A stretch of 64,000 nt of DNA from Schmidtea polychroa (Eukaryota): NCBI GenBank assembly GCA_044892525.1, contig CM097885.1, forward strand, positions 41,480,001 through 41,544,000, given 5' to 3'. Shown here in pieces: positions 27,900 through 42,052 of the stretch. The position numbers and the translations under genes were made by a program. Position 1 is the first letter of the stretch; each line of letters opens with the position of its first letter. Under the pieces are notes generated by a model. The model made no database searches, was not told the DNA's origin, and saw only the letters and a list, made by a program, of their open reading frames with translations.

Positions 27900-29373
27900 G
27901 ATCGACTACCTCAAAGAACCCATCGATAGTCAACTCCGATGGACAGTGAGCGAGTTCAAAAACTTTTTACAACATTTTATTCATTCTAAATTAATGATCA
28001 ACCACAATTACATAAATTTTATCAAGTGACCAAAATTTTAAAAAAATGACTTAAAATTTCTAATTGTATTACATTAAAATCACTTAATTTACATTATAAA
28101 ACCATAAAAAAATTTATTTTTACTTTTCAATGTCATTTAAAATATCATAAATTTATTAAAATCAATATAATAAATACCTAAATGTAAAATAAATTCCTCA
28201 TTTTGTTGAATTTAACGCAAAACTGAATTGACGACATTATAATGCACACATTTGATCTCAATTAAGACTAACACTCACGCACACGCACACAAAATTGTAG
28301 AACGTACGAAACAATTGATTGACTGCACGCGCACACACACAGGCAAAGCTGTTACAAAAACTTGTTGACGTATGCTAAATGTGATCAGTAATTGTAATAG
28401 AATATTGATGTGACATTATTTTTTTTGTTTACAATTAATACTTAGTTACGTCAATTCAATTAAAAGCCTTTTTATGAAATATCTATTCAACTATTTTCAT
28501 CATGTTGAATTTCAGAGATTTCTTTCGTTGACCGAAACGGTTGTCTGTGATTTTGGAGGCATCATCGATCCGTAACTCTGTAATTATGCCAGGAAACAAT
28601 TTGAGTTTATAATTTCAAATGTCACGCAGCAACATAGTGATTGTAAAAATTTCACGCTTTCTGCGTAAATTAGATCAAAACGATTTTGAAAGCAAATATG
28701 TTTGGATTGATTTAAACAATTTATTAAAAGTGGTAATATAAAAAAATTAACATATTCGTAGACTTTGCTTGAAGCACTCATCTTTATCCTATACAAGACA
28801 TACTACGGTTTTCATAGACTTTAGACACATTTATATTTCATTAGTAGTGTATACACCTAATTCCGAAAGTTAAGTCTTTTTTTTAGATTATAGAAACTTT
28901 TATATTTCGGATTTAGGTGTAGTGAGCATTCAGCCACGCGTACCATTTATGATGTAGTAATTACGTCATTGAGTGATGGTTAAATTTAAGGTTCTATTAG
29001 GATAACGAAAGTCAGTTGAAAGGTCAAATGTCAAGGACAAACTCGATTTAGAGGAATTTAATGGTGTAAAGGGTGTACTTAAGGGTTATAAAAGTTGTGT
29101 AAAAGGTAGAACTTTAAGGGTAAATTTGATTTAGAGCTATTATTAAATTTTATTTTTACTCCTTCCCTTTCACTCACAAAAACAAACAAGATCTTTACTA
29201 CAGAGATTAAAAATCAATAAATAAAAGTGATGAAAAAATAATAATAATTGTTTCTGGGAATTGGAAATGAACTAAAAAATGGTAGGAAAGAAGTAGACAA
29301 GAATTTGATAAAGGATTTAATAAATTTTAATAAAGGTTTTTGTTATAAGTTATTATTGATATATTTTTTTAAT

Positions 29374-29969
29374 CGTATTCCGACAATCCGCCCACACGAC
29401 AATCCAGCAAGTACGACAATCTGCCAACACTAAAAAATTGGCCAAAGCTGACATTTATAAAAAAATATTTGTAAGTCATCATATTAAAATTAATTCACAT
29501 GTACTTGTACAACAAATTTGCCTAAATAATCATTCAAATAAAAGCATTAAAATCAAATACCAGTACCTTTATGATCAGTATCATTGCGACATGTTGAATG
29601 TGAGTAGTACTCTTGTGAGCAATACCCATAGGGGGTCAAAACATCTTGTCGGATAAACTCAGAGTATATATATAATAAAACAATTAACTCATTTAAATTT
29701 ATCATTGAATCAGTCAAATTATCACAAATTTTGATAAAAAATCTTGTTTACCTCTCAGCCAGTTAAATTGTTTAAATATTTAATTAAAATTTTATATTAG
29801 ACAATTACTAACTGATTCTAATCTTTCAGCTGAGAATTTATTATTAAAATTTTAAAAATATATTAAATTTAAAATGTATGTATGTTAAAACAAAAATTTA
29901 TCAACTTTTTGGCAGATTGTCGCTTTGAACTATTTGGCGGATTGTCGTTTGGCGGATTGTCGTACAACC
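29374..29969. mobile_element. Non-autonomous TIR element with CGACAATCCGCC subterminal repeats
   Basis: Three direct CGACAATC(C/T)-type repeats on the left and three inverted copies on the right. Ends approximate. Confidence 0.65.
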
Positions 29970-31429
29970 TTTTTTAATAACACAAGCATACAAGCAACCC
30001 AGTTCTCCTGACACAGTTTTAAAAGAGACTGCTCGTAACTTGTGGCAATATAATAATAATAATAGGTATAAAATAACCACATGATGGATTAAAACCAAAA
30101 AATTAATTAATTAATATCATTAAATATTCAAGAAAAACCCACAAATCATTGGAGAATGGAAATAACAGACTTTGTGATTAATAAATAAAATGGACAAAGT
30201 AATCCTAATACTGCTTGGTCGTCTCAATGAGTGAGTTGACACTTTCACATTAAGAGAGATGATCAATTGAAAAAATATATATAAATAGCAACGCAAAAAT
30301 TAGTATTTGCCACTAGACTGAGCAAGAAAATTTTTTTGAACAAATCGAAGGAGAAATTCAAAAACGAAGTTACGAAAAGATAATTTGTCAAAGTAGATAT
30401 TTTTTGTGGAACTGAGATTTCTCACGAGTTTTATTTTGTAATTGATTAATTGAAGTGTATTCAAGTGTGATTAGATAAGAGTTATTTTGTTGGGATTCTA
30501 TTGATTTTGACTGAAAAAAAAGAGCTAGATCGAGATATAATTCCTATTAACACTATATTAGTATCCAAACCATAATTAAAATGTCTTATAAATGTTATAA
30601 GGATGTATTAGCTGTAATCTATTGAAAGTTCGTAAATGATGTAAGGAAAATGATATTGTAAGGACACAATATTGTTCGGGTGAAGTGGATGTGTTCAAAT
30701 GAAAGTCGTTAAGGAAACAAAAGAAAAGAGTGTCTACTTAATTAATACGAGTAATGTGAATCAAATTAATAATAAACAGTGATGAGGCACACGAGTCGAA
30801 GTGAAAAGGCCACCAGATCAATTTTACCATTTGTTAATTCGAAAATAGTAGTTGACTGTTCGCGCTTCTGAAATTGTTATTAAAAGTGCTATTTCTCACG
30901 AAGTGGTGTAATACGCACTCAGCAGCAGCTGCCTTGGATTCTTAATATTTGGTGTATATATTAATTGTATAATAATTTGTCCTAATCAATAAAAGTTTAT
31001 ATTGTCTGGAATTCGCTGTTATCGGTTCCATCTAAAGATTTATTAATATCTTAACACGAAGTGATCACTCTTAAATAGTAATCTATATTGCGCAATAACT
31101 AACACATTGTATTGAATTACACAATATACTCTGAACTTCTTCACATTTGGTCTTTGGCCTCTAGTGTTACAAGATGAAACACGCTTGGAGTCAAATATTT
31201 TTATTTTACATTTCACTGACAACTCCAAAGAAATACAGATCAATTTCCTAAGAAAGATTTGGTAAATTTTAATATCGTTAGAGATTAAATAATGAACATG
31301 TGAAATCAGAAATAAAAAATGTTTCTTGAATAAATAGTTAAACATACATGGCAATGCTTTAATTATAAGATAACGCCAATCAAACATTCTTTTCACGATA
31401 TATTTCGACAGTTTTCCTGTCATCATCAT

Positions 31430-32365
31430 TTTTCTTATATTTGAAAATCAGAGGCATGTTGACCCGTTTTTGCATTATATGAATAGTCTACATAAAAAAA
31501 TTGAATTCACATGTGAAACGGAGAAAAAATCATCGCTTGCTTTCTTGGATCTGTTAATACAACGCAAAGAGAAACACTATGAGACAGAGATTTATAGAAA
31601 ACCAACTAATACTGGTCTCTATACTTCTTCCGAAAGTTTTTGTGAATTCAAGTATAAAAGAAATATGGTGAAGGGGTCTTTGTCTTCTACTTTTAAAAAT
31701 TCAGTAAAAAGTGTTGACATATTGGTTGAATTGTTAATGAAGGACGGTTATTCAAAATCATTTTTAGTAATTATGGCGAAAGAGACTGTTGACAAATTTA
31801 TTAAAAATCCTAAGGATCCATGTTTGAGAAAATCTGGGTGTGATTTTGTTGAGGTGTGTGAGTATGATGAGTTAAATAAATTAAATAATGTGAGCAAGGA
31901 TGGTGAGCCTAAATTTGTGTTAGTATTGCCGTACTCAGAAGGTTTTAAGGATTATAAAGTGAGGATAAGAAAGCAGTTAGGGAATTTAAACTATAGGATA
32001 GTGTCAACTTCATGGAAAGTACGCAATATGTTTATTAATAAGTCAAAAACTCCGGTTGAATTGTGTTCCGATCTCGTTTATCAGTTTACTTGTAATGGGT
32101 GTAATGCCACATACATTGGAGAGACTTCCCGCCATCTCTGTATTCGATTTCAGAACATTGTAGACCGAAGGCTTTGATCAATATTGGTGAGCACAATAAG
32201 GGCTGTAAGATTAAAATAGGTATGTCTGATTTTAAAATTTTATTAAAAAATTTCGATAATTATTGGGAACGTGAGATTTGTGAGGCGTTGTTGATAAAAT
32301 CATTGAATCCGAAAATTAATGTGCAAAATGCAGTGAATACTTGTGTTTTGAGTGTTTTCAAATAA
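31430..32365 (+). pseudogene. Penelope RT C-terminus plus GIY-YIG endonuclease
   Basis: IEFTCETE..LAFLDLLI..IYRKPTNTGLY (RT); LVYQFTCNGCNATYIGETSRHL and EREICEALLIKSLNPKIN (GIY-YIG). Frameshift at ~32150-32175. Confidence 0.92.
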
Positions 32366-32598
32366 GTTTTTAAATAGGTTTTTTTATATTGTATGTATTG
32401 ATTGTTGTATTAAATTAAATAATTAATAAAAATATTTTAAATTATTAAATTAAATTTTAAATGTTAAAATTTTAAAAAAATAATATATTAATTTAAGTAA
32501 ATTTTTTTTAAAAATAATTATTGTTTTTATAAAATAAAATTTTTTTATATATAATTAATAAATTTGTTTAAAATCCTTAATTTAATGAATTATTATAT

Positions 32599-32640
32599 CC
32601 CACCTGATGATGACAGGAAAACTGTCGAAATATATCGCGA
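32599..32640 (+). ncRNA. Minimal hammerhead ribozyme in the 3' pseudo-LTR
   Basis: CCCAC-CTGATGA-T-GACAG-GAAAA-CTGTC-GAAA-TATATC-GCG; predicted cleavage after C32636. Confidence 0.78.
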
Positions 32641-32950
32641 AAAGAATGTTTGATTGGCGTTATCTTAAAAAAAATATGTTTCAGTCGAATTTTCATAAAC
32701 CTTAAAATTTCAATCTGGAATTAAAAAAAAATTAATAGATTTTATTAAAAATTTAATCACTCAAAATATAATAATATTAACTAGTAAACATAAACTGAAA
32801 TAATTTAAAGTTGTTGGGTGGGGGCTTATTTTCGAAAATGACTGAAAATTATCTAGTATTAAAAATTGATGAATTAAATGTTATAAAAACCATTAAAATT
32901 TAATTTGGTTTAACATTTTCACTTTAAACTTTTTAAAACTAATTAATTAA

Positions 32951-33172
32951 CCCTTTAACCATTAAAACCGTCTACAGACGGTCATCATAAAATCATCATT
33001 CAGTTTAAATTGAAAAAGCTTTGCGCTCTAACAAATAAGACCGTCTTTCGTCTGTGATACTCCCCACCATAAGAAACAGGTTTGAACACGCTCGGTCGCG
33101 TGGTTTGCTCATGACAGGTCAGTTTGGTTGAATATTTGCTAGTTGAATATTTCAATTTCAGTGGTTAAAGGG
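32951..33172. mobile_element. piggyBac-type MITE
   Basis: TTAA TSD on both sides; TIRs CCCTTTAACCA/TGGTTAAAGGG. Confidence 0.85.
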
Positions 33173-34848
33173 TTAAAACTAAATAATAATATTTTGTTTA
33201 CTAAATTTTTTAAAAGTAACCTTACAATATATTTGTTCTTAAATAAATTAGTACTTGATTAATTGTTTTCTTTCTATTATGCTTTTAGGTGAAAATGGAA
33301 TACAAATTTTTTATGATATATTTAAGTTGTTAATATCAATTATTGTAATAACTTCAAATTCAATGAAACATTTCTATTGTATTTGACGAATAGTTCGCAT
33401 TCCACCAACTACTTCTACCATATGAGTATGAGAATAATTTGTAGAAAAATTGAAAGCTATCAAAATTTAATAATGAAAAAGTATTATTTATTTTTATTAT
33501 GACCTTGTATCATTTTTTTCTCTAATGTAATAAAGAGTTTCGACACTGTTTGTTAGAACAAAAACACTTTAAAGAAAATGAACGAAAGACCAGTGCGAAG
33601 ATTTGTGAAAGATAAGAACATTCTGTCGTCACGATAAAATTATTTATAAATTTATATATTGGAAATTTAATATAATAATCTTACAATCACAGTTATTGAA
33701 ACAAATATTTTCGAGACATAATATTTCTTATATCGACAATTTTAACAAATACTTTAAAATTTCAACATTCAACATCTTCATATATATTTTGAAGCTGCAG
33801 TTTATATTTCAAACTTTAAACATTTTTTAAAAATCCTTTACATAAATATATGAAAAAACATTTTAATTTTAAAATAATTTCTATTCTTAAATTTTTTATT
33901 TTCCTTCTCATAATCGTAATAAAAAAAGAAATATTAAAAGATCAAAAACGGATCAAATGTGAACAAATAAAATAAAATAAAGAATTTCACTGAAAACCAA
34001 TATTTTTAAAATACGAGCATTTTGATAAATTATTTATTTACAATTGCATGATCTAAAACTTTTAATTCCTGAAAAAAAAATCATCAGACTTTTATCTAAA
34101 AAAATGTTGAATCTCGATGAATCTCATCCTAAATTTTGGAAAATACTTGCGATAAGTAATATATGTTGATAAATATCATGAGAAAGCAATGTAATTAACT
34201 GGTTGAATGTCCCAAATACAAATAAGAATGAATAGAGAAAGCATAAGTTCTTCTATCAGTAGTCAGGTATTCGGAAAAGAAAAATAATAGGTGAAAGTTT
34301 AGGCAACCGAGTTCATCTGCACATATATTCTAAACTACGTTACATATTTACAGCATCGACATTAGGAGATGTAATGATTGGCGTTAGGATGGCAAGAAAG
34401 CAAATCATTTGATATTTTGAGAATAAAGTCAACTGAAACCACAAAAACACAATAGCTAAACGACTAAAATAATATTACAGTGAGATGAAAATATTACGAT
34501 GATTATTTCCCAATTCTACAATGTGCAAAGACTTCAACATATTAGAGTGAACATTGTTTATAATTTGAATAAAATATTTTAAAATCTATTGAAATGTCAT
34601 GAATATTTTCTTAACTTCATCGACTTTTCTTCTCAACATTATATTTTACGTTTTCATTGTAACAAACAAATCTTATTTAAAATTTCATTCAGTCTTAGAC
34701 AAGTTAAGACATGGATCACTTTGATCCTAGCAATATAACTAATTTAATAAATTTTTTTTGATTTTTATTTATTTGTGAACTGAACAAAGTATATTTTATT
34801 CAGGTAATTCGACAATATCTAACATAAGTGAAAAAAGTCGAATAAAAA

Positions 34849-35360
34849 CAGTGGCGTAACAACAAATTCTAGGCACCCTGCAAGATTTTCAAAATGGGGC
34901 CACATACTGCTAATGACGATCTGATAGACAATAATTTTATATTTTTATATTATAAAAAACTATTTTATTAATTTATCTAAAGAAACTTTTTAAATAAATA
35001 TCAACAACGATGGCCGACGAAAACTTGGCAATGAGACTAATGACTCAGCATTGATCAAAGATGAGAAGTGAAACCAATTGAGTGAATTAATTGCAAAATC
35101 CAATGCCATCTAGCGATTATAATTTGTATACGAGCTTGACCCATTGCTCACTAGCTTTAAACAAAGCCTAAAAATATGCGCCGACCGCGTGTCAATAGTA
35201 GTATTCTACATCATCTACCTGGCTGCATGATTTATTGATTTGACAATGATAATACAAAGTTTACAAGAAGTTTAGGTGTCCGGATTTCTGCTATGCATTT
35301 ATTAATTAAAATATTTCAATTAAAATATCCCTCAGTTGCGAGTCCATAGTCACGCTACTG
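34849..35360. mobile_element. Non-autonomous hAT element
   Basis: TIRs CAGTGGCGTAAC/GTCACGCTACTG; 8-bp flanks AATAAAAA/CATAAAAA. Confidence 0.75.
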
Positions 35361-35767
35361 CATAAAAAGTACAAGAAGCATCCTGACGAAGATACACTGA
35401 AATTTCAAATTCAAAAGGTTAAACTATTTATTTTCAAATAAATTTAAAAAAGATTTTCAAAATTGAATTTTAATAACCAAACTTACATCAAACAAAATAT
35501 AAAAAGTCAATTTTAAAGAAATAATAAAAGAAATATAATTACTAATCATCATATTATACAAAAACTATTTTTTAATATCTATATTTATATATAGATTTGT
35601 TTAAATATTTTAATCAAATGTACACTAATTAATTATCATATGATTATATGATAATATGATGATTTACCACTCATCACTAAATTAGTGATATTTTAAATAA
35701 TTATCTTCTTATTAGTACTAAAGTTGCAAGATACTTTTAAAATCAAATGAACTATATTTATATTTAG

Positions 35768-35855
35768 ATGTTTTCGGATTTGGTTAAACGTCAATATGAA
35801 GAAATAAATACGATTGTTCCAGATATTGTTACATTTGGAATTCCTAAAGATAACG
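35768..35855 (+). CDS. TBCEL: TBCEL coding exon 1
   Basis: MFSDLVKRQYEE...PKDN, with a phase-1 GT donor at 35856 compatible with exon 2. Weakly resembles the TBCEL N-terminus. Confidence 0.6.
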
Positions 35856-37285
35856 GTTAATATAACATTATATCATAATTATTAATAAATAGTTTCATAG
35901 TAAAACTGAGTTCAAATTATTATTTATGAAAATAATTTCAAGAATCTGATATAATGAGTATAATGAAAGAAGATATTTAGTACTATTATATATTTTTATG
36001 ATTCAAAATTTTCAATTAAAATAACACTATAATTTTACTACTGGCTATTATTTATATTTTTTACTGAAATTATGATTTTGCTAAATTTTTTAAATAATTC
36101 ACATTACTAAGAAGCTCTATTTTTAAAAATTAATGAAGAACAAATATTTTAATATACTTAAAATATAAAACTTTAATCAATTGATAATTTAAAATACGCA
36201 GAAAATTTACCTTCTTGAACTCTGTCTTTCACGTCTCCAACGAAACAGAAAATAGTAACTTGTACTCCTTTTTATACGAACTGATTTATTGAAATTTCTA
36301 CACTATTTATTTTCCTAGCTTTTGGGGATTATAAAAAATAAACACCTTTTAATTTTGCTGGTTTTATATGTTATATTATTTAAATCAGCAATAAAATTAA
36401 ACTGATGAATATTTTTAAAATAAAGATAAATTCTTAAAATTCTTCTTACTATTATTTTTAATTATTATTTAATATTATTATTCTTTATTATTACAATTAT
36501 AAATATTTAAATAAATTATTATTGTTATGGAGCATTATTATATTTTTTTATAATATATTATATTTCATTTTGTATTATATATTTATTATTATTTATGGTA
36601 ATAATTATAATTAATTAAATTAAATTTTATTATTTATTATTATAAATATTATTATTTATTACAATTATAATTAATTATTATTTATATCTATTTATTATTA
36701 TCATAATATAAATTTTAAACAATTAAATGATAATTTAAGCCTTTGCTGCAAATAATATATTTAATAAAAATGAAGACATTTTCAACTATAAGAAAAGGGC
36801 TATCTTATAGTCGAAAATTTTTTATTTGTATTAAATATATTATTGGAGACAAAAGGCTTAAATTATCATTTAATTGTTTAAAATTTAATTAATGCTGCTA
36901 CCAAGAAATCATCACTTTATATTATATAAATAGTTATTAAAAACTTTTTATAAATATTTTATGATATTATTTATTAAAAGGTAATTTTTTAAGCTAGTTA
37001 TAAAAGCTTTAAAAAATTAAAAATATTTTTTATTGTTTTTTTTGAATTTTAGACGAAATTTAATTTAAAAAAATTTAAATTCTTTAAAGATTATTTTTAG
37101 TTTATTTTTAACCAATAAGAAGAAAGAAAAAGGAAATAAAAGAGAAGATCAAAAAGCATTTTAATTGAGAACGACTATTTTTATAGTTGAAAAATTCTTT
37201 CATCTTTTTAAATATATACTTCGAAACAAAAAGCTTAAATTATCATTTAATTGTTTAACATTTAATTAATTCTGCTACTAAGAAA

Positions 37286-37531
<246 letters not shown>

Positions 37532-37676
37532 TTTTTTCTAAAACGGTATTCGATATCTTGAGTGCCAGAATACCGCTATTCTCAATCCTGCTTCTATTAT
37601 TTATTTACATTTCATTTTTTTGAAACTTCAATTAAATAAACTCTTATGAGTTAATTTTATTTGAAGTTTTTCTTAG

Positions 37677-37819
37677 GTACTCGAAGAAGACTTCCGAGCT
37701 CCTTGAGTCTTGATGGAAAAGAAATTGAATTGATAGATTTCGATGACTCTTCATTAGAAATGTTGGAAGCTGTCAAATCATTACACCTTAACAACAATCT
37801 GATCAATTCTTGGGAATAT
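37677..37819 (+). CDS. TBCEL: TBCEL coding exon 2 (first LRR)
   Basis: TTAG acceptor; RRLPSSLSLDGKEI...VKSLHLNNNLINSWEY resembles TBCEL LPSVLVLNSCGI...VSELDLSDNKLEDW. GT donor at 37820. Confidence 0.82.
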
Positions 37820-38868
37820 GTTAGCAACCTTATATTGTTGATAATACGTTTTTTTGGATTTTCGATAGAAAATTTCTATTTATTAATGTATATTCGAAAT
37901 TCCAAATAGTTTATTACTAAATTTTTTGTATTACAGTTAGAGGGCTTGAGCTTTCTTTTGGTCGGGACTCAGGGACAATATAAGGTCTAGGTCTTTCAAT
38001 AGAACGTTTTGTAACTAAAGTTTCGAGTTATTTTTAATAAACCTATCAAGTCTTATAAATTATATTAAATGATATGTAAACTATATTAAAAATAATGAAT
38101 GCTTTATAGATTCCGATGTAATTTTGTTTCATATTTGATAAAATTTTAAATATTAAAATAACACAAAATTGAAACTATTTCTTTTGATTTTTAAATGCCC
38201 TTAAATAGAAAATTTGAACTTAAAATGTTCTCTAAAAATGAGGAGATGGGAGGCGACTCAATATAGGAAACTAATTAATACTCGTTTCATAAAATTTAGG
38301 AAGATAATCTGAAATATCAAAACGTTATAACTTATAGAGAAAATAGCGAAAAAACATTTATAGCCAAATATAAAAAATAGTTGCAAACAAAATAGCTGAT
38401 TCAAAATGATAGGTAAAAAGATGAAAGATCAAAGTTATTTAATTATTTTTTGACTCGATCGAATTAAATACTTTAAGAGGAGATTGAAACCGCATAGTTT
38501 TCTATTGAAATTTTCCTATTTTTGATGAATTAGAGGTGACAAACAGAGTGACTAATCAATATCAAATTTTGCACAGGTATATACTGGGCTATCATGTATC
38601 ACGCAAACTTATGTATTTGTGTTTACAGTTATTTATTTTTCTTTTTCTAAAGGTATGTATCAAAACGTACAATTTTTATGAAACCTGTTAAGTTCTGCAA
38701 AAACTATTAGGTTCGCGTTGTTCTACAAAAAAAATTTGGTTTAGAACAACATACTTATGATTTATGAGGGTAATACACAATTCCCAGCTGATTCACGGAA
38801 GACAATAATTGTTAGCAAAACTATAAACAGCAATGAACAATAGCACGTTTAGTGACTATATACTAGGC

Positions 38869-39195
38869 CAGTGATTTCCAAATGGGATTCCGCGAGATTT
38901 TAAGCTCTGACACTAGATATTATCAGAAATTTTAGGAATTTATTAAAAATAAGAGTATTAACAAAAAGTAGACACTTTCGCTAAATTTAAACTTTTCAAT
39001 TTAATGAATTTTGAGAAATGAGAAAGATTGCTGATGGTTGACCAAAAAATGAGAGTCTGCTTGTCAACGTTTGAACCAAGAATTGAAAAAACTTTCTCCG
39101 CTCATTAAAACTACTAAAACAATTATATTTTAAATTCTAATTTTTGACCTTTTTAACTGTTGGGGTTCCGCCGACAAAAAAAGTTTGGAACTAAT
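38869..39195. mobile_element. hAT/Charlie-type MITE between two copies of a short duplicated segment
   Basis: CAGTGATTTCCAAA start, GGGGTTCCGCC..AAAAAAAGTTTGGAAC end and ACTAGGC flanks. Segments within 38590-38850 recur at 39205-39375. Confidence 0.55.
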
Positions 39196-40414
39196 AACTA
39201 GGCCATCATGTATCACTTAAACATATGTATTTGTTTAGGTTCACGTTGTTCTACATAAAAATTTGGTTTAGAACAACATACTTATGATTTATGAGGGTAA
39301 TACACAATTCCCGGCTAATTCAAAAACGACAATAATTGTTAGCAAAACTATAAACAGCAATGAGAAACAGCACATTTATCTGTAAATAATAAAGACATTT
39401 AGGGTCACTTGTCACTAATATTAGGTGATTTTCATCAACTCGAATGAATTGTTATTTTCAATCAATTACAACGTTTTTCGGAAGACCATAATTCAAATAT
39501 GGAAAATTTCAGTGCCATTTATATAAAAAACAATGGCACTGTACTTTGAATTTAAAGAAACCTAAGAGGTTTCTCTAAAAAGCAATCATTAATAACAAGT
39601 TTCATAACTCACAAAACTACATCTGCTCTTACAGAAAATATTTGCAATGAAAATAGCGTCATAATAACACATACAAAACAACAGAAACTTATGACTAATT
39701 TCTTCCAGAAAAGCAAGGACGATAAAAAGATTACAGATTTCGAAGATGTAAATTTATAAATTCTTATTAAAAGTTCTATGCATAACTGTATTATCGGCTT
39801 TAAGTTTTATGGCACAACATTATAATTTTTATATTGAAATAAAAGAGAATTTTTCTCTAACAAAGTTAGAATAGAAGGAAATATTTTTTGTTTATAAATA
39901 ATGGTTAAAATGGCTTTTATTATCATAAATATTTTTCTTTGGTACCGAATCCTATATTTTGTATGGACTCTTAGTCTCGAATTATGCGGTTTTGAATTGT
40001 GCGCCATTTTGGGGGGGTTCTAAACTATCGCATAAATCAAGTGACGCATACATCTTATTTATAAACCATGAATAAATTCGATTATTAACATAATAAAATT
40101 GAAAACACTGGCCAATGGGAAAACAATAATATTATGTAGCGGTCAACATGCTAAGCCAACATTTGCATCATTTTTTTCATAAAATAAAGATATTTTTGAA
40201 ATTCGAAATTCAAGATTAAAAATAAGAATTTACTCTCTCTGTCCAAAAATGATAGTCCAGTTTGATTTTATACGTAATTTCTTTTATACGTAACAGTGAT
40301 ACTTAAAATGCAGTTTTGTTATTTGTTCAATCAATAAAATAAAATTATTTAATTTGTTTTTACTGTAAAAGGTTTTACAAAACCGTTCAATTTTTTATAT
40401 TCTCTATTGACAAT

Positions 40415-41577
<1,163 letters not shown>

Positions 41578-41622
41578 AGGCAAACGATATTGATAAAAAA
41601 TTTAAAAATTATATAAAACATT

Positions 41623-42009
41623 TTATTTCAAGTTAAATACATCTGTGTAGTATGCTTTACACATTTCAGCTAATAAAATATGGACTGATTGATCCCTTTT
41701 AAAGTCGTGACAGCATGGACACCCATTGGGGCATGACAATCTCATAGAATCTTTGCAAACAATGCAATTTTCAATGCATCTAGTGTCAGACCTTAGAACC
41801 ATATCGTAGTGAAACTCTAAAAGTTGTTCTATATTAATACCTGTTAAACGAAATATTTTATTTATAAGTAACACTGGTGCACAATAATCTATGGTATTTC
41901 TTATTCCTGGGTATAATTCTTGAAACTTCTTTAAAATTACTTCAAATAATTAAACTAGATATAAAGATTATTAATTAAAAATAAAAATATATTCTTTACC
42001 TTTTGACAT
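41623..42009 (-). pseudogene. Spliced small Cys/His-rich Polinton gene with premature stop
   Basis: ATG at 42009 and a 45-nt GT-AG intron (41999-41955) give MSKV*LFEVILKKFQELYPG..., in frame with ORF 41623..41874 (CIENCIVC..CPNGCPCCH). Confidence 0.6.
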
Positions 42010-42052
42010 TTTTTCTAACTCCTAAAAACAAAATCAATACAAACAAAATTAA

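Larger units (their letters stand above)
31043..32668 (+). mobile_element. 5'-truncated Penelope-like element with inverted 5' pseudo-LTR
   Basis: The segment ending at 31428 includes the reverse complement of the pLTR at 32605-32668, abutting the RT-EN body. This is a typical PLE insertion structure. Left limit approximate. Confidence 0.85.

Noticed and set aside
30779..30812. GTGATGAGGC..GTCGAAG hammerhead-like string (also CTGAAAATG near 10335)
   Set aside because: Core nucleotides are mutated and there are no convincing stems I/III.
31043..31429. 128-aa minus-strand ORF
   Set aside because: Lies in the inverted Penelope pLTR, starts within the ribozyme core and shows no protein motif.
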